Assembly: GCA_017654855.1 (NCBI GenBank)
Contig: CM030337.1
Span: 1,240,001 to 1,304,000 of the forward strand
Direction: 5' to 3'
Source of the DNA: Podospora anserina
Lineage: Eukaryota
DNA length: 64,000 nt
Shown: positions 24,741 to 37,200 of the stretch, piece by piece
Layout: every line of letters starts with the position of its first letter
Position numbering within the stretch: the stretch's first letter is position 1
Notes under the pieces: model-generated
Seen by the model: only the letters and a program-made list of their open reading frames with translations
What the model was told of the DNA's origin: nothing
Database searches by the model: none
Position numbers and translations under genes: made by a program

Positions 24741-26624
24741 CTAATCAGCCTTCTTACTCCCTCCCCTCCCCCTCAGTGCAGCTGCCTCTCCAAAACTCCT
24801 CCCTGATGGGCCAGCAACAGCCGGACTGCCCAGAGTCCCCCCAAAATTCGGGTCATGCCACCCTCTCCCGTCATCATCACTTCCAGTGTTCTCCAATTCT
24901 ATCAGATCACCCTGTCCGTTACTCCCTCCATGCATCCCGCTCACCCGCCTCGGTCCCAGAATAGGCGTGACGTTCCCCGATTTTGCAAGTTCGACACCCT
25001 TCTCGATAGCGCCTCTCAGCCAGGTTTCCACAGCAAGAGCCGCCTTATCGAGACCTGTCCCTTGTCTGCTCATGGCAGAGGTGTCCTGGCCCTCTCCAAA
25101 CGGGCTCTCCGCAATGGTAACCGGCGCATTAGCATCATTGGTGAAGCCAAACCGAGCCCTTTCCATGCCCATGGCCGACATGGAAGGCAAAGAGTCAAAG
25201 TTGAATCCGGGAACATTCTTCTTAGCCCAATCGTTGAGAGGGTCTTTTTGTGGCCCAGGGGCTCGCACATTTCTGCCGAGCGAGCCTACACCTCCTGGAC
25301 GGCGCATCCATGCCGGTCGGGGATCGTTATCGCTGGTGGTAGCTGTCGAGTTTGATCGGGTGGGTAGGTTTCCATGAGAGGATGCAATCGGAGAACGGGT
25401 GGACAACAGCGAAGGGCGCCGAGAAGAGGGACTTTTTGGGCTTCCAATATTTGGCTCAGAAACACTGGTGTTGGGGGCATCAATTGAAGCTCGAGGCGTT
25501 GACAAAGATGACATGGTGTGAGTGCTTTTTTTCCTGCGAGGAGGAAAGTACCCAAGCGACCTCCGAGAAACTCTGGCAACTTCGACTGGGTGAGGATGGG
25601 AATCGATTGATACCCACCGTACATGGGTCCATGGCCGGTCGTCGTCGCCTGACTGTGATTGTTGCTCCAGCTGGTTACTATTTCCTGGATTCGAGAAAAA
25701 GTCGCCTCCATTGGTTGGCTGCCCCCATGGATCTGTTGTGTCTGGTGTTCGTGCCAACAGGTCAACCTTCGCTGCTGGGTCGACTGGTGCTTCACAAGTC
25801 TTGCCCCTGACCTCACACGCATCCACCGGCATCATCAAATATTTCCTGACCTGGATTCCATCTCTTGACCAGAGCCCGTTGGCCTTTCGAAAAGCATCCT
25901 CTCGACATCTGTATTTCAGTACCACCCCGGCATACGTGTCTGTTGGTTGGACATGGTGAATGTAAACCAAGTGTTCCTCCGTTTCGTCATTCAATACCGT
26001 CCTGCGCAAATCCTCATCCGACCCCTTCTTCTTGAACTTTCTACCAAAATCCAAACCCCCATTCACACCTTCGTGGCTTTCAAGAATACTAGCAGTCCTC
26101 ATCGCTTTCAGTCTGGCATCCCTCTTGGCCAATGTTCCAGTGCCAATCTCGTCGGAGCGGGGTCTGGTCTCACCCGGCGGCGCGGGGCCCCATGTGTTTG
26201 TGGCATCACCTCGACCGCCGCCTTGCCCCCCCTTTGCCTTGTTCCCGTTTGTTTGTGGTCGGTGCGACTCTCCGTTGATAAAGGACTCCCCGCCTGCAAT
26301 CAATGTGGTGGCAAGGTTCTGGACCGAGGCCCAGCTTGGCGCCCAAGTGCCTCCTAACAAACCTGCGCCTTGTCCTGAACTTCCTTTTGTGTTGGGACGA
26401 TTCCGCGCAACTTCTGTTCTTGCATCATTTCTGCCTGTTACTGAGCCAATATGTGCGGCGGGAATCGGAGTCGCACCACGGCTGGTAGACCGACTGGAAG
26501 AGTTGTCGGGGTCGTCTTTGTAACTGGCTTGGCGCCGGTTTCGTGGCCGAATAGAGCTGGAGTCGGAATCCCGGGAGGCGGCGGGCAACAGTGTGCTCGA
26601 AGAGGCCCGCTGCGAGGGGTTCAT
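24741..26624 (-). CDS. Intracellular LysM-domain protein
   Basis: 627-aa ORF containing YIHHVQPTDTYAGVVLKYRCREDAFRKANGLW..LMMP, a LysM motif. No signal peptide. Confidence 0.82.
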   Translation of the reverse strand: MNPSQRASSSTLLPAASRDSDSSSIRPRNRRQASYKDDPDNSSSRSTSRGATPIPAAHIGSVTGRNDARTEVARNRPNTKGSSGQGAGLLGGTWAPSWASVQNLATTLIAGGESFINGESHRPQTNGNKAKGGQGGGRGDATNTWGPAPPGETRPRSDEIGTGTLAKRDARLKAMRTASILESHEGVNGGLDFGRKFKKKGSDEDLRRTVLNDETEEHLVYIHHVQPTDTYAGVVLKYRCREDAFRKANGLWSRDGIQVRKYLMMPVDACEVRGKTCEAPVDPAAKVDLLARTPDTTDPWGQPTNGGDFFSNPGNSNQLEQQSQSGDDDRPWTHVRWVSIDSHPHPVEVARVSRRSLGYFPPRRKKSTHTMSSLSTPRASIDAPNTSVSEPNIGSPKSPSSRRPSLLSTRSPIASSHGNLPTRSNSTATTSDNDPRPAWMRRPGGVGSLGRNVRAPGPQKDPLNDWAKKNVPGFNFDSLPSMSAMGMERARFGFTNDANAPVTIAESPFGEGQDTSAMSRQGTGLDKAALAVETWLRGAIEKGVELAKSGNVTPILGPRRVSGMHGGSNGQGDLIELENTGSDDDGRGWHDPNFGGTLGSPAVAGPSGRSFGEAAALRGRGGSKKAD

Positions 26625-27891
26625 TGCATCGGGTATCGCTCCGGTGAAGCCGCTGCTGCTGCTAACCTCGACGATGCGCCGCGATGACGGTATAAGAGAT
26701 AGGGCATGGAATTATGACTGGAACTGTGGAACCATTGAATTGCGGCGAAAGGTGAATACAGTCGTATCAGCTCAACGGACGACTGCAGGACGTTGGGAGA
26801 CGATGTTGTTTAGGCGGTGGTTGGAATTGCAGCGACCTGTCCTTGATCTGTGACGCCGAAGGCCCAAAGGCAAACCCGCTAAGTTTCAATTAATTAATTA
26901 CGCCGTGGCCTGGTAGCGAATGCATTTGGTGAAGAGATCGTGAGAAAGACGGTGGCGCATGGAGAAATATCTCGGCCGGTACAAGGGAGAGTTCCTGTTC
27001 GCGCACATTCAGCAGCAAGACGTCTCTTCGTTGCTGTGAGAGACGGAGAGATGCTGCGGTGGGAGGTGATGGGTTGCGTCGGCCAGGTTCCCCCCTCGGA
27101 CCACTGCGTTCCAGCGTTCCTAGCCACTGCGCCGGGGCCACCCCTGCGAAGCTGTTCGTTTGACCAGAGTGGCCAATCAGTGCCAAGGATCACCCAACGG
27201 CATCAAAAGTGCCTTGGACCTCACCTCTACCGGGGCATGACTTACACGACTGCGATCTCTCTTCCCTCCGGTTACTTTTCAGTCCCTGATATCTATGAAA
27301 AGAACCTCCATAGACACAAGGAAACATGTTTGTCCTCTATCATGTCAGGCCGACAAAGCTCTTCTACTCAAGCCTCACGCTTGCTCTTCTTATTCATGCC
27401 CACCATCCACCGAGCAGGTCCACACACGTTTCAGCCAATCTTGTTTATGAGGAGAATCCAAATTATGTTGATATTGCGATGGACTACTCTACTGCCGGCA
27501 AATTCATAGTCTCTCCTACCCTAGGACAATAGCTCTCAAATATCCTTCTATCAGGCGCCCAAATCATCGGCCAGCAACATGCACTTATCCATTATCAAAA
27601 CAAGGACGCAAGTCCCGGATAACTGCATCCTCCATAGAACACGCCAAGATTCTACGCACTGACCACCCTCCCCTCAGATGGGTGGGGTTGATTGGAAGCT
27701 GACAGTTGCAAGTGCGGGGCGACACCCTGAGGAAAGTAAACAAATATTCTTGTGTTTTTGCGGAGCGACCGCGGCGTGACCTGATTTGACGAACTCTCGA
27801 TTTGCAACAACGACGACCTTTTCTCCTCCCCGACACTACCTGACCATCACCAGCGGGCACCGGGGGTTTCTGCATACAACTCAACGCCACC

Positions 27892-30800
27892 ATGAGGGTG
27901 ACGGAACTAATTATCGACGTGAGTTTCACCGCCCAGGCTTTCTCTTGCTTGTCGTTTGCTCTCCAACATTGGGCACCGCTAACCAGTTGTCGCATCACCA
28001 AAACAACAGGGCTTCAAGTCCTATGCCGTCCGCACCGTAATCTCGGGCTGGGACGAATCCTTCAACTCCATCACCGGCCTCAACGGCTCCGGAAAATCCA
28101 ACATCCTCGACGCCATCTGCTTCGTCCTCGGCATCACCCACCTCTCCACCGTCCGCGCGCAAAACCTCCAGGATCTCATCTACAAGCGCGGCCAGGCCGG
28201 CGTGACAAAGGCCAGCGTCACCATTGTGTTCGACAACAAAGACAAGAAGCGATCGCCCATCGGCTTCGAGGAATACGCCACCATCTCGGTAACGCGACAG
28301 ATCGTGCTGGGGGGCACGACGAAATACCTGATCAATGGCCACCGCGCGCAGCAGCAGACGGTGCAGAACCTGTTTCAGAGTGTACAGCTCAACATCAACA
28401 ACCCCAACTTCTTGATTATGCAAGGTCGGATTACAAAGGTGCTGAACATGAAGGCGGTGGAGATTCTGGCCATGATCGAGGAGGCGGCGGGGACGAGGAT
28501 GTTTGAGGATAGGAGGGATAAGGCGTTCAAGACGATGGCGAAGAAGGATCTGAAGCTGCAGGAGATTACAGAGCTGCTGCGGGATGAGATTGAGCCAAAG
28601 TTGGAGAAGCTGAGGACGGAAAAGAGGGCGTTTTTGGACTTTCAGCAGACACAGAATGATCTCGAGAGGTTAACGAGGATAGTGGTGGCGCATGACTATG
28701 TCGTGTGTCAGGAGAAGCTGAAGCAGTCGGGGTCGGATCTAGAGGCGAACAAGCAACGGCAGAAGGATCTGGAGGCTTCGGCGGAGAGGTTGAAGAGCGA
28801 GATTTCACATTTGGAAGAGGATGTGGAAAGAGTAAAGGCGCAGAGGGATAAGGAGTTGAGGAAAGGAGGAAAGGCGCAGGCGCTGGAGGAGGCGGTCAAG
28901 AAGTACTCGAACGAGCTTGTACGGCTAGCTACGGTGATCGACCTGAAGCGGACCAGTCTGGCGGAGGAGGAGGAAAGAAAGATTCAGGCTGAGAAGGCTG
29001 TTACCGAGCTGGAGGCGACACTGCAGGAAAAGACCAAGGCGTATGAGAAGACCAAGGCTAAATACGACACAGCGAAGGATGCGGTGGAAAAGCAGAGTGA
29101 GGAGGTGGAATGCAAAGAGGAACTGCTACAGACGCTGCAAACCGGTGTTGCATCCAAGGAAGGCCAGGAGAGTGGTTATCAGGGTCAATTACAAGATGCG
29201 AGGAACCGGGTGACTGCTGCTACGACGGAGCAGGAGCAGGCCAAGATCAAGATTGCGCATTTGGAGAAGCGGATAAAGGAGGAGGAACCGCGAGCAAAGA
29301 AGGCCAAAGAGGCAAACGCTGGGCTGTTAAACGAGTTGGAAGGGCTCAAGGTGCAGGCTCAGAGGCTGGAAAAGGAGCTGGGCAAGCTTGGGTTCCAACC
29401 AGGGTCAGAAGGCGAGCTGTACAAACAGGAAAGTCAACTCCAACAGACCATTCGCAATCTGCGCCAAGAGTCGGATGCTCTGAAGCGCAAGGTTGCCAAT
29501 ATCGACTTCAACTATGCGGATCCAGTGCCAAACTTTGATCGCTCCAAGGTCAAGGGTTTGGTGGCTCAGCTGTTCACTCTCGACAAGCAGTTCATTCAGG
29601 CTGGTACGGCTCTGGAGATTTGCGCTGGCGGTCGTCTCTACAACGTTGTTGTGGATACTGAGGTTACTGGTACACAGCTCCTGCAGGGCGGTAGGTTGCG
29701 GAAGCGCGTTACCATCATTCCCCTAAACAAGATTGCTGCGTTCAAGGCCTCTGCTCAGACAGTTGCCACGGCGCAAAAAATCTGCCCGGGAAAGGTCGAC
29801 TTGGCTTTGTCTCTTGTCGGTTATGACGAGGAGGTCTCGAGGGCGATGGAGTACGTCTTTGGCAACACGCTCATTTGCGCGGATGCCGAGACTGCCAAGA
29901 AGGTGACTTTCGACCCCAACGTCAGGATGCGCAGTATTACTCTCGAAGGCGATGCCTATGACCCCTCGGGTACCCTTTCCGGCGGCAGCGCTCCCAACTC
30001 CAGCGGTGTCTTGGTGACCCTGCAAAAGCTCAACGAGATCACCAGACAGCTCAAGGAAGCCGAGGCCAACTTGGGCTTGCTTCATAATCACATCGCCCGT
30101 GAGAAGTCCAAGCTCGACCAGGCCAAGAAGATCAAGCAGGAGCTCGACCTCAAGTCCCACGAGATCAAGCTTGCCGAGGAGCAAATCAGCGGAAACTCTG
30201 CTTCGTCCATCATCCAGGATGTCCAAAACATGAAGGAGACGATTGGCCAGCTCAAGGAGTCTATTGTCGAGGCTAAGCAGCGACAGGTGGAGGCCTCGGC
30301 TGACGTCAAGCGCATCGAGAAGGACATGAAGGACTTTGACAACAACAAGGACGGTAAACTGGAGGAACTGCAGAAAACGGTCAACAGCCTCCGTGCTTCG
30401 GTCGCCAAGATGCAAACCTCGCTCAAGACTCTGCAGAAAGAGCTGCAAAACGCCCAGCTGGACTCTGAGCAAGTCTCTGCTGACTTGGCCGCCGCCAGGG
30501 AGCAAGTGCAGGAGATTGATCTGGCTATTGCCTCGCAGCAGGAGGAACTCACCGCCCTGGCCTCCAAGGCTGAAACGATCAAGACCACCCATGACGAAGC
30601 CCAGTCCGAACTTGATGCGGAAAGGCGGAAACTCTCCGTGTTTGACTCGGAGCTTAAGTCTCTTGAACAGGCCACCCGCTCCAAGACCTCGCGCATTGCC
30701 GAGGAGAAGCTTGAGCTTCAGAAGCTGGGCCATCAGATTGAGAAATTCGGCAAGGAGTCACAGTCTGCACTGGCGCATATCCAAGCCTTGGAAAAGGAAC

Positions 30801-31578
30801 ACGAGTGGATCCCCGACGCAAAGGATCAGTTTGGTCGTCCCGGCACGCCCTATGATTTTAGGGGACAGAATTCTAATATTTCAGAGCTGAAGGCCACGGA
30901 GAGGAACCTGAGGGAGAGGAGCCAGGGGTTGAGGAAGAAGATCAACCCCAAGGTGATGAACATGATCGACAGCGTGGAGAAGAAGGAGGTGGCGCTGAAG
31001 CACATGATGAAGACGGTGATGAGGGACAAGAGAAAGATTGAGGAGACGATTGTGAGTCTGGATGACTATAAGAAGAGGGCGTTGGAGGAGACGTGGAGGA
31101 AGGTGAATGGGGACTTTGGGGCCATTTTCGAGGAGCTCCTCCCGGGGTCTTTTGCGAAATTAGACCCGCCAGAAGGGAAGACGATTAGTGATGGGTTGGA
31201 GGTGAAGGTTTGTCTTGGGAAGGTGTGGAAGGAGAGTCTGACGGAGTTGTCGGGTGGTCAGAGGTATGTATTCTTTTTGGTATGAAACGGGATGTGTGCT
31301 GACGGAACATTAGATCGCTCATTGCACTTAGTCTGATCATGGCGCTGCTGCAGTTTAAGCCGGCGCCGATGTATATTTTGGATGAGGTTGACGCCGCGTT
31401 GGATTTGTCGCATACGCAGAACATTGGAAGGCTGATCAAGACGAGGTTCAAGGGGAGTCAGTTTATTGTTGTGAGCTTGAAGGATGGGATGTTTCAGAAT
31501 GCGAATAGGATTTTTAGGACGAGGTTTAGTGAGGGGACTAGTATGGTACAGGCTTTGACGCCGGCGGATTTGAGGTGA
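27892..31578 (+). CDS. SMC2: Condensin subunit Smc2/Cut14
   Basis: GFKSYA, Walker [20 protein letters not shown], coiled coils and hinge, [16 protein letters not shown]. Introns 27919-28009 and 31264-31313. Confidence 0.97.
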
Positions 31579-32225
31579 GAAGTGTGTTTATGAATGAGGA
31601 TGGGATGGGTGTTTGGAGTTTGGGAGGGCGGGGTGGGAAAGCATGGATGGCTGGATACAAAGGGATGGATGGGTTGCTTTTTGTTTGTTTGGTTTTCTGT
31701 TTGTTGATATAGGGATGGGAGTGGTAGATATGATGAATGACTTTTCAACTTGTACACGATATTATAGTATGTGTGAGTTTGGCCGTGGCTGTGTTTAGTG
31801 GGATACATTATATTTTGTCTTGATTGTCATTTCGTTGGTGTGTCTACGTTGTTGACTGCAAATAATCATAGGACAGGCTATATTCCTTCGTCTGAACTCC
31901 CGTCTGCAGCATATATGTGTTGGGTTTATGTAGGTACAACGTGATGTTACCGACTGACAAATGTCAGCTGTCTTTGGGTGGAAGTTGGCAGAGGCAAAGC
32001 GGCTTTGTCTGTGAAGTGATTGTCTAATATTATTACTCAAAATCTATTCTGTATATACAAGGAACTTTTGTCTCTCTGTTCCCATCTATCCCCTGTTCTT
32101 GCCGATATCCAGATCGCCTTATGGTTCTATATATTTTCTCCGCCACCTCTCAAACCATCCTCCCCAACTGACTCTCTCTATCATCACCCACTCTCCCTCT
32201 CATCTCAATCAGTGCCCAGGCTCTC

Positions 32226-34224
32226 TTACTGATTAATATACCTATGCCCGCCTCTCTCCCCCACCTCCACACTCATCCCAACCTCAACCCAGCTCTCCAA
32301 CTTCTCCTCCCCATCAAACAAGGGCGTCAACTGCATCCCCAAACACCCCTTCAGCCTCGCCCCCTCATCCACATCCCTCAGCTTCCTCAAGCTCCTATCC
32401 GGCTCAACCGGATGCCTAAACCCACTATCCTGATTCACATTCGGCATCTTGCACCTCACCGTCCGGCACGACACATGAAAAGTCGCAGCAGCAGGCTTGC
32501 TCTTCTCCCCCTCGGCATCATCACTCTTCTTAAAACAAACCTTTTTCCACGTCTCCTCATCATAAGGGGGGTTGTTTTCCTCGGGACCGTCGACTAAGAA
32601 AGAAATCGGGGGTGTCAGTGGCTGTGGGGCCACGCTTACAGGGGAGGGGGAACAGTAAACGCCGCAAAGAAAAATAACACAAGAAAAAAAGGGTGTGTTT
32701 GTGGAGTAGCGAGCGGCTCAAGAGACAACACCGCGGGGAAGAAAAGGTACAGTAGCAGGGGGGAAAGAAGAAAAAGGAAAGAGTCTCGTCATCCCAAGTC
32801 CACTTCAGCCCATTGTCAAAACTCTCCCCCCCCCAGCCCAGAAAAACTCCCCGCTTTCCGTGCTTCCGTGAAACAAACCAACAGGGTCCAGGGGACTCGA
32901 AACAACAGTCTTGATGATAACAACAACAAAAAAGGAGAAACAAAAAATATCGAAACATACCAATGATGTTGGCGCGGAACCTCCGCGCGTCCAAGTCTTG
33001 TTCGAGATTCTCGTCTTTAGTGATCTTGGCGCTGAAGTCGCGGATGCTGGAGAGGTTAAGGAGATGTAGTGGATACTGCCGCAAATGGCCGTGTTAGAAA
33101 ACAACACAAAAAAGTCACACCCATCGTCAACCCCTCTTTCTTAGTTGATTTGCGCGAGTGAGTGGTGGTGTGTTTCATCACCAAAAAGTCTGTGGGTAGG
33201 ACGGTAAATCGAACCACGCTCTTCATTCACAAGCCAAAAAATGCCGAAGGGAGGGGAGGGAGGGGGGTGTGCAGACAGTAAAAAAATAAAAAAATACGAG
33301 AGATAAAAAAAAACAAAAGCTTACAGCATCCTGAAATCCAGTCACAGGCTGGTAACCCGCGTCCTCCCTCCCCGGCGCACACCTATGCACCTCTCTCAAT
33401 CGGCCCGGGTCGACTCGAAAAAGCCCGAGCCTGTTGCTCACCCCCAGGTACAGCGCCAACTCCCGAGGTAGGTCCTTTTCCATGTTCAGCGCCGACACCA
33501 CGTCCTTCCAGATCCTGACCTCTTCCCTCTGGTACCCTTGGGACTCAATCTCGTCTTGCGACGGGAAACTCACCGGGAGGACAAGCTGCTTCTGTGGGAC
33601 CGCACCGCGGCCCCGTGCGAGCTTGGCGGCCACCCAGCTGACGACCCCGCGGAGGCCTGGCTCTTGCCAGGGGAAGCTGATGAGGAGAAAGGAGTCTTTG
33701 ATGCTGGCGTCCGAGTAGAGCGGTTTACCCCGGGCTTTGACTGGGTCCGGGCTGAAAAGCTCCACGGTGACGGTGGCTAGGAGGGGGAACTGCCGCTGGG
33801 TGATGAATTCCCAGCTTTCTTGAGGCTGGAGCTTGTCTTCTGCTGACGATGGGTAGGTGCTGAGAGGAAAAGGGGATTTGAGTTGAGCAAAGGTGTAGAG
33901 GCGGTCAAACTCCAGGCCGTAGGGGAGCACCTTGCTCGAGGTGAGTTGGATGCCTTTGCATGACTTGACTGGGTAGATCCATAGCTGGTCGATGGTGGTT
34001 TTTGATGGTGAGGTTGTAGTAGTCTTCTTCTTGCTTTTGATGTGCTTCACACCGATGGGCGAATGTGTTTCAAGCAGTGCATCGCGCTGTGATGGGGGTA
34101 CGGGGGGAAAGTAGATGAACAGAGGCAAGAGGAAAACGGTAATGGTGGAAATCAACAGGAGAAGGCCGGTAGCGTCAATGACTGGGCCGCTCCGCAGCAA
34201 CACCGCGTCCGGGTCCTGGTCCAT
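32226..34224 (-). CDS. MOSC-domain protein (mARC-like, molybdenum-cofactor-binding)
   Basis: N-terminal TM helix; LWIYPVKSCKG, FQDA|YPLHLLN, RRFRANII|VDG, CRTVRCKMPNVNQDSG and GCLGM. Long introns 33076-33324 and 32594-32960. Confidence 0.9.
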
Positions 34225-37200
34225 TTGTTGCCGAATTTGTCGGTTGGTCGGCCGGACGTCTGCAGGATATCTTGTGGCCGTCTGCTGCTTGAATAATTAT
34301 TGTTTTTTTTTTCGGCGGTTGACCGTTCGGTTGCAGTTGGCAGCTTCCCGGCGTGGCGGTTGGTGTCACCGACTTGCGCGCCCCCAACGTCTCACTTGGG
34401 ACCGGATTACCTAATAACACGTCTTATTCACTAGCTGGCCATTAATTAGGTACTATCCACCACGACCCAAAATCCTTTTAAATTCATGTTCTCTCTAATT
34501 GCATTGCATTTTTTGGATCGCTGTGTGTTTGCGGGAAGGGCAAATCATCCAAGATCATGACTTAAACCTGTTAAATATCACAGAGCTGTGTTTAGAGTGG
34601 CTGACTAGTGTGATTGTTAAAGTCGTCGGAACCACAAATCGGCGATGCAGGTACCTTTTGATGGGTAATAATAATATATCAGATGTTCTGCGGGTCAAGA
34701 CATGGGCCACAACCAGTTGTTATTCAGTGCTTAAAGGGGCAAAAGAGAACTAAAATAGATATATGGTTGACGGCAGGCCGCGTCAATAGTCGCTATACCC
34801 ATATGAGTCGCTGTGATGTCCTAAGTCAACCTGAAACCAAAAGACAAAAAGATTGTCAAGAGTTCAGATGGCGATCGAGCTCTCTGAGTATTCCCGACGG
34901 ATCAAACCCCTATCGACCCGGCAATTTGACATAGGGCTGGCTTTAGCCCCATCAACCCGATTTGCTCTCCCTGCTATGTCTGGATGGAAATGTGTCTGAT
35001 TGGGCTTCTTCGCCGCAGGTTCTGTCGGATCGCACTCCGCGCGCCAGTACAAGAAGAACCGGGAAAGCGCCCCGAAAACAGCGACTGGAGCCGGTCACTG
35101 CATCTTGCCGGGAAGGAACAATACTGGTTGACGCACGCCGCGCCCATGTCGGTGCGCTGCTGGTTGAATACAGCAGCTGGTTGGGCCTTGTGAGAGTCTT
35201 TTTACCCTACCCAACCCCCGAGATACTTACCCAGAAAAACTGAGTGTTTTTTTGCGCGGCCACCTTTTCCTTATTTTGTCATTTGTGTCGCATTCATTGG
35301 CACCCTGGCGTGATTAGGGTGACGCAAGCTTGATCTGATCCTCACTACGCCTATGGGACAAGTGGGAGATACAGTCCGATACAAATCTCTGACATAACCA
35401 TATTGATGTTGCACAGAGACCATTTTTGCGGCCAAGAAACCCGCTGGAGAGGTAGCGCTCCGCTTCTGCTACCCTCCACCTTCGGCAATGCCAGACTATC
35501 TGCACCGCTACCAGTCTATCCAAAAGACTAGGAGAAACCGCCACTGCAGAAACCACTCGAAAATTCTGTTTCTCACAGAGGCTACAAGTAGCGCAGGCTG
35601 AGGAACACTTGCCCAGAAGCACGGGACGGAAAAGGCAAGGGTAGGGGTAAGTAATGCGGATGTTGGCTGATGAGCCTTCTCTGTGTGACTGTGGTTCCGT
35701 TAGATGTAGCATGTACCATCGATTTCCACATGTGCCTAACCAAAGTCAGCAAGAGTTCCTGGCGTGATAAACATATGCCTAGGCTTTCGCCCGCCTCGTC
35801 TTCAGCTACCTCAAAGGGAAGGATCACGTGTCTGTCATAGCGGTTGGTTTGAGTAGGAGTTGGCATACGCCTCGGCCACCTTGTGAGTCGACCCAATCCA
35901 GGCCGTATGCCGCAGGTAGGCGAAATGAGGCTATAGTAGACAGCTCAATATTAAGACTGAACGCCGGGCTGCCCTCCGAGCCCTGTATCTACCAGATGGG
36001 GACGACCGTGTAGATGTAGGTCGTGAAGCGTACAAGTTAGGCAGGCAGCGGTCCGGATAGTCAACCGTGGCGCCAACAGATATGGAAATCAGACAAGGCT
36101 TAGGTCCACCCTCGAACAAGATTGGCAGTTGCAAGGCGTCTCGCCATCCATGAGGGTGTGGCTATCATGTCTGAAAAGGGGTATTGAAGCCATCAGTGAC
36201 TGGCTGAGAAGCGCTCACCATGCGGAGATGGGCCCACACTGGCAGGCGCCAACATATGGCGAGGAGATGATATTCATCGGCGCAACTATGCGGATGAATA
36301 CGTGCGGAAGCACTGAGCACTACACTCGTGAGGTTGTATGGGCGAAGTAGTTGCCGTATGGAGATGGAAAGGGGTTCCCGAGTGGAGATGGGACCTGTCT
36401 CCATCAACAACACGGTGGCTCCATACGAGGGCCGCGGTGCCATGCTCACAATGGGGGCCGTGTCGATAAGCCGACTGACAGCCCGAGCTGAACCAACGCA
36501 TGAGGGCAATCTCATACCGGCAAGTCATGGGACATGGAGTTGGTGAGGCTCAGCAAAAATGTTTCGACTTTGGGCACGCTCTCAGTGCTGAAGGAGAGCG
36601 CCTGGGAAATGAATGCTATGCTCGAAGTTTTGCCGAGAACGGACAGAAGTTAGACCAGGAAGACATTTCGCGGGAAACCACACAATAGAGAGAGGTACCT
36701 GTAGACGAAAGCGGCATCTTTAGCCATGGAAGGCACACCGCCACAAGTTGCCCTCCGAGGCATCGTCATATCGCAGTTCTTGTCGACAGAGAGACTTCAT
36801 GATACACGGTAACTCTTGATCCCGAAGGTTAGTTGTCTCTCTCAGAGTCTGAGATAGGTGGAGCTATGAATCAAAGCCACACGGGATTGAACATGTCGTC
36901 ATGGATGATGGTTCAGTCTTGTCAGATTCAAGATGAGAGAGCGGACAGTCCTCAACGGGCAGTTCATCCGGATCCATTGGCCGAGGTATGACGGTCGGTC
37001 GAGGTCTGTGCCCTGCAGCAAGACCGGGCAAGGCCCGGATTGAACGGCAGTTCTCGAGAGAAGAAAAAAGGATGCAGGTGCAGCATGTGTGCAGCATGTG
37101 GAGCGGGCAGCAAGGGCCACAAAGGAGGAGAGTCGTTGAAATGGCCAAGGTTTGTGAGGGTTTAGTGTAACGGTTTTTGACGTAGAGTTGGCAACTGGCC

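Noticed and set aside
26940-27600. Possible gene relic between the LysM gene and SMC2
   Set aside because: No recognisable homology or splice structure; cannot be supported without BLASTX.
32780-32910. RNase MRP-like words (GAGTCCCC ... ACAATGGGCT) in MOSC intron 2
   Set aside because: The motifs are imperfect and too close together for an MRP RNA. The segment is kept only as a generic structured-RNA candidate.
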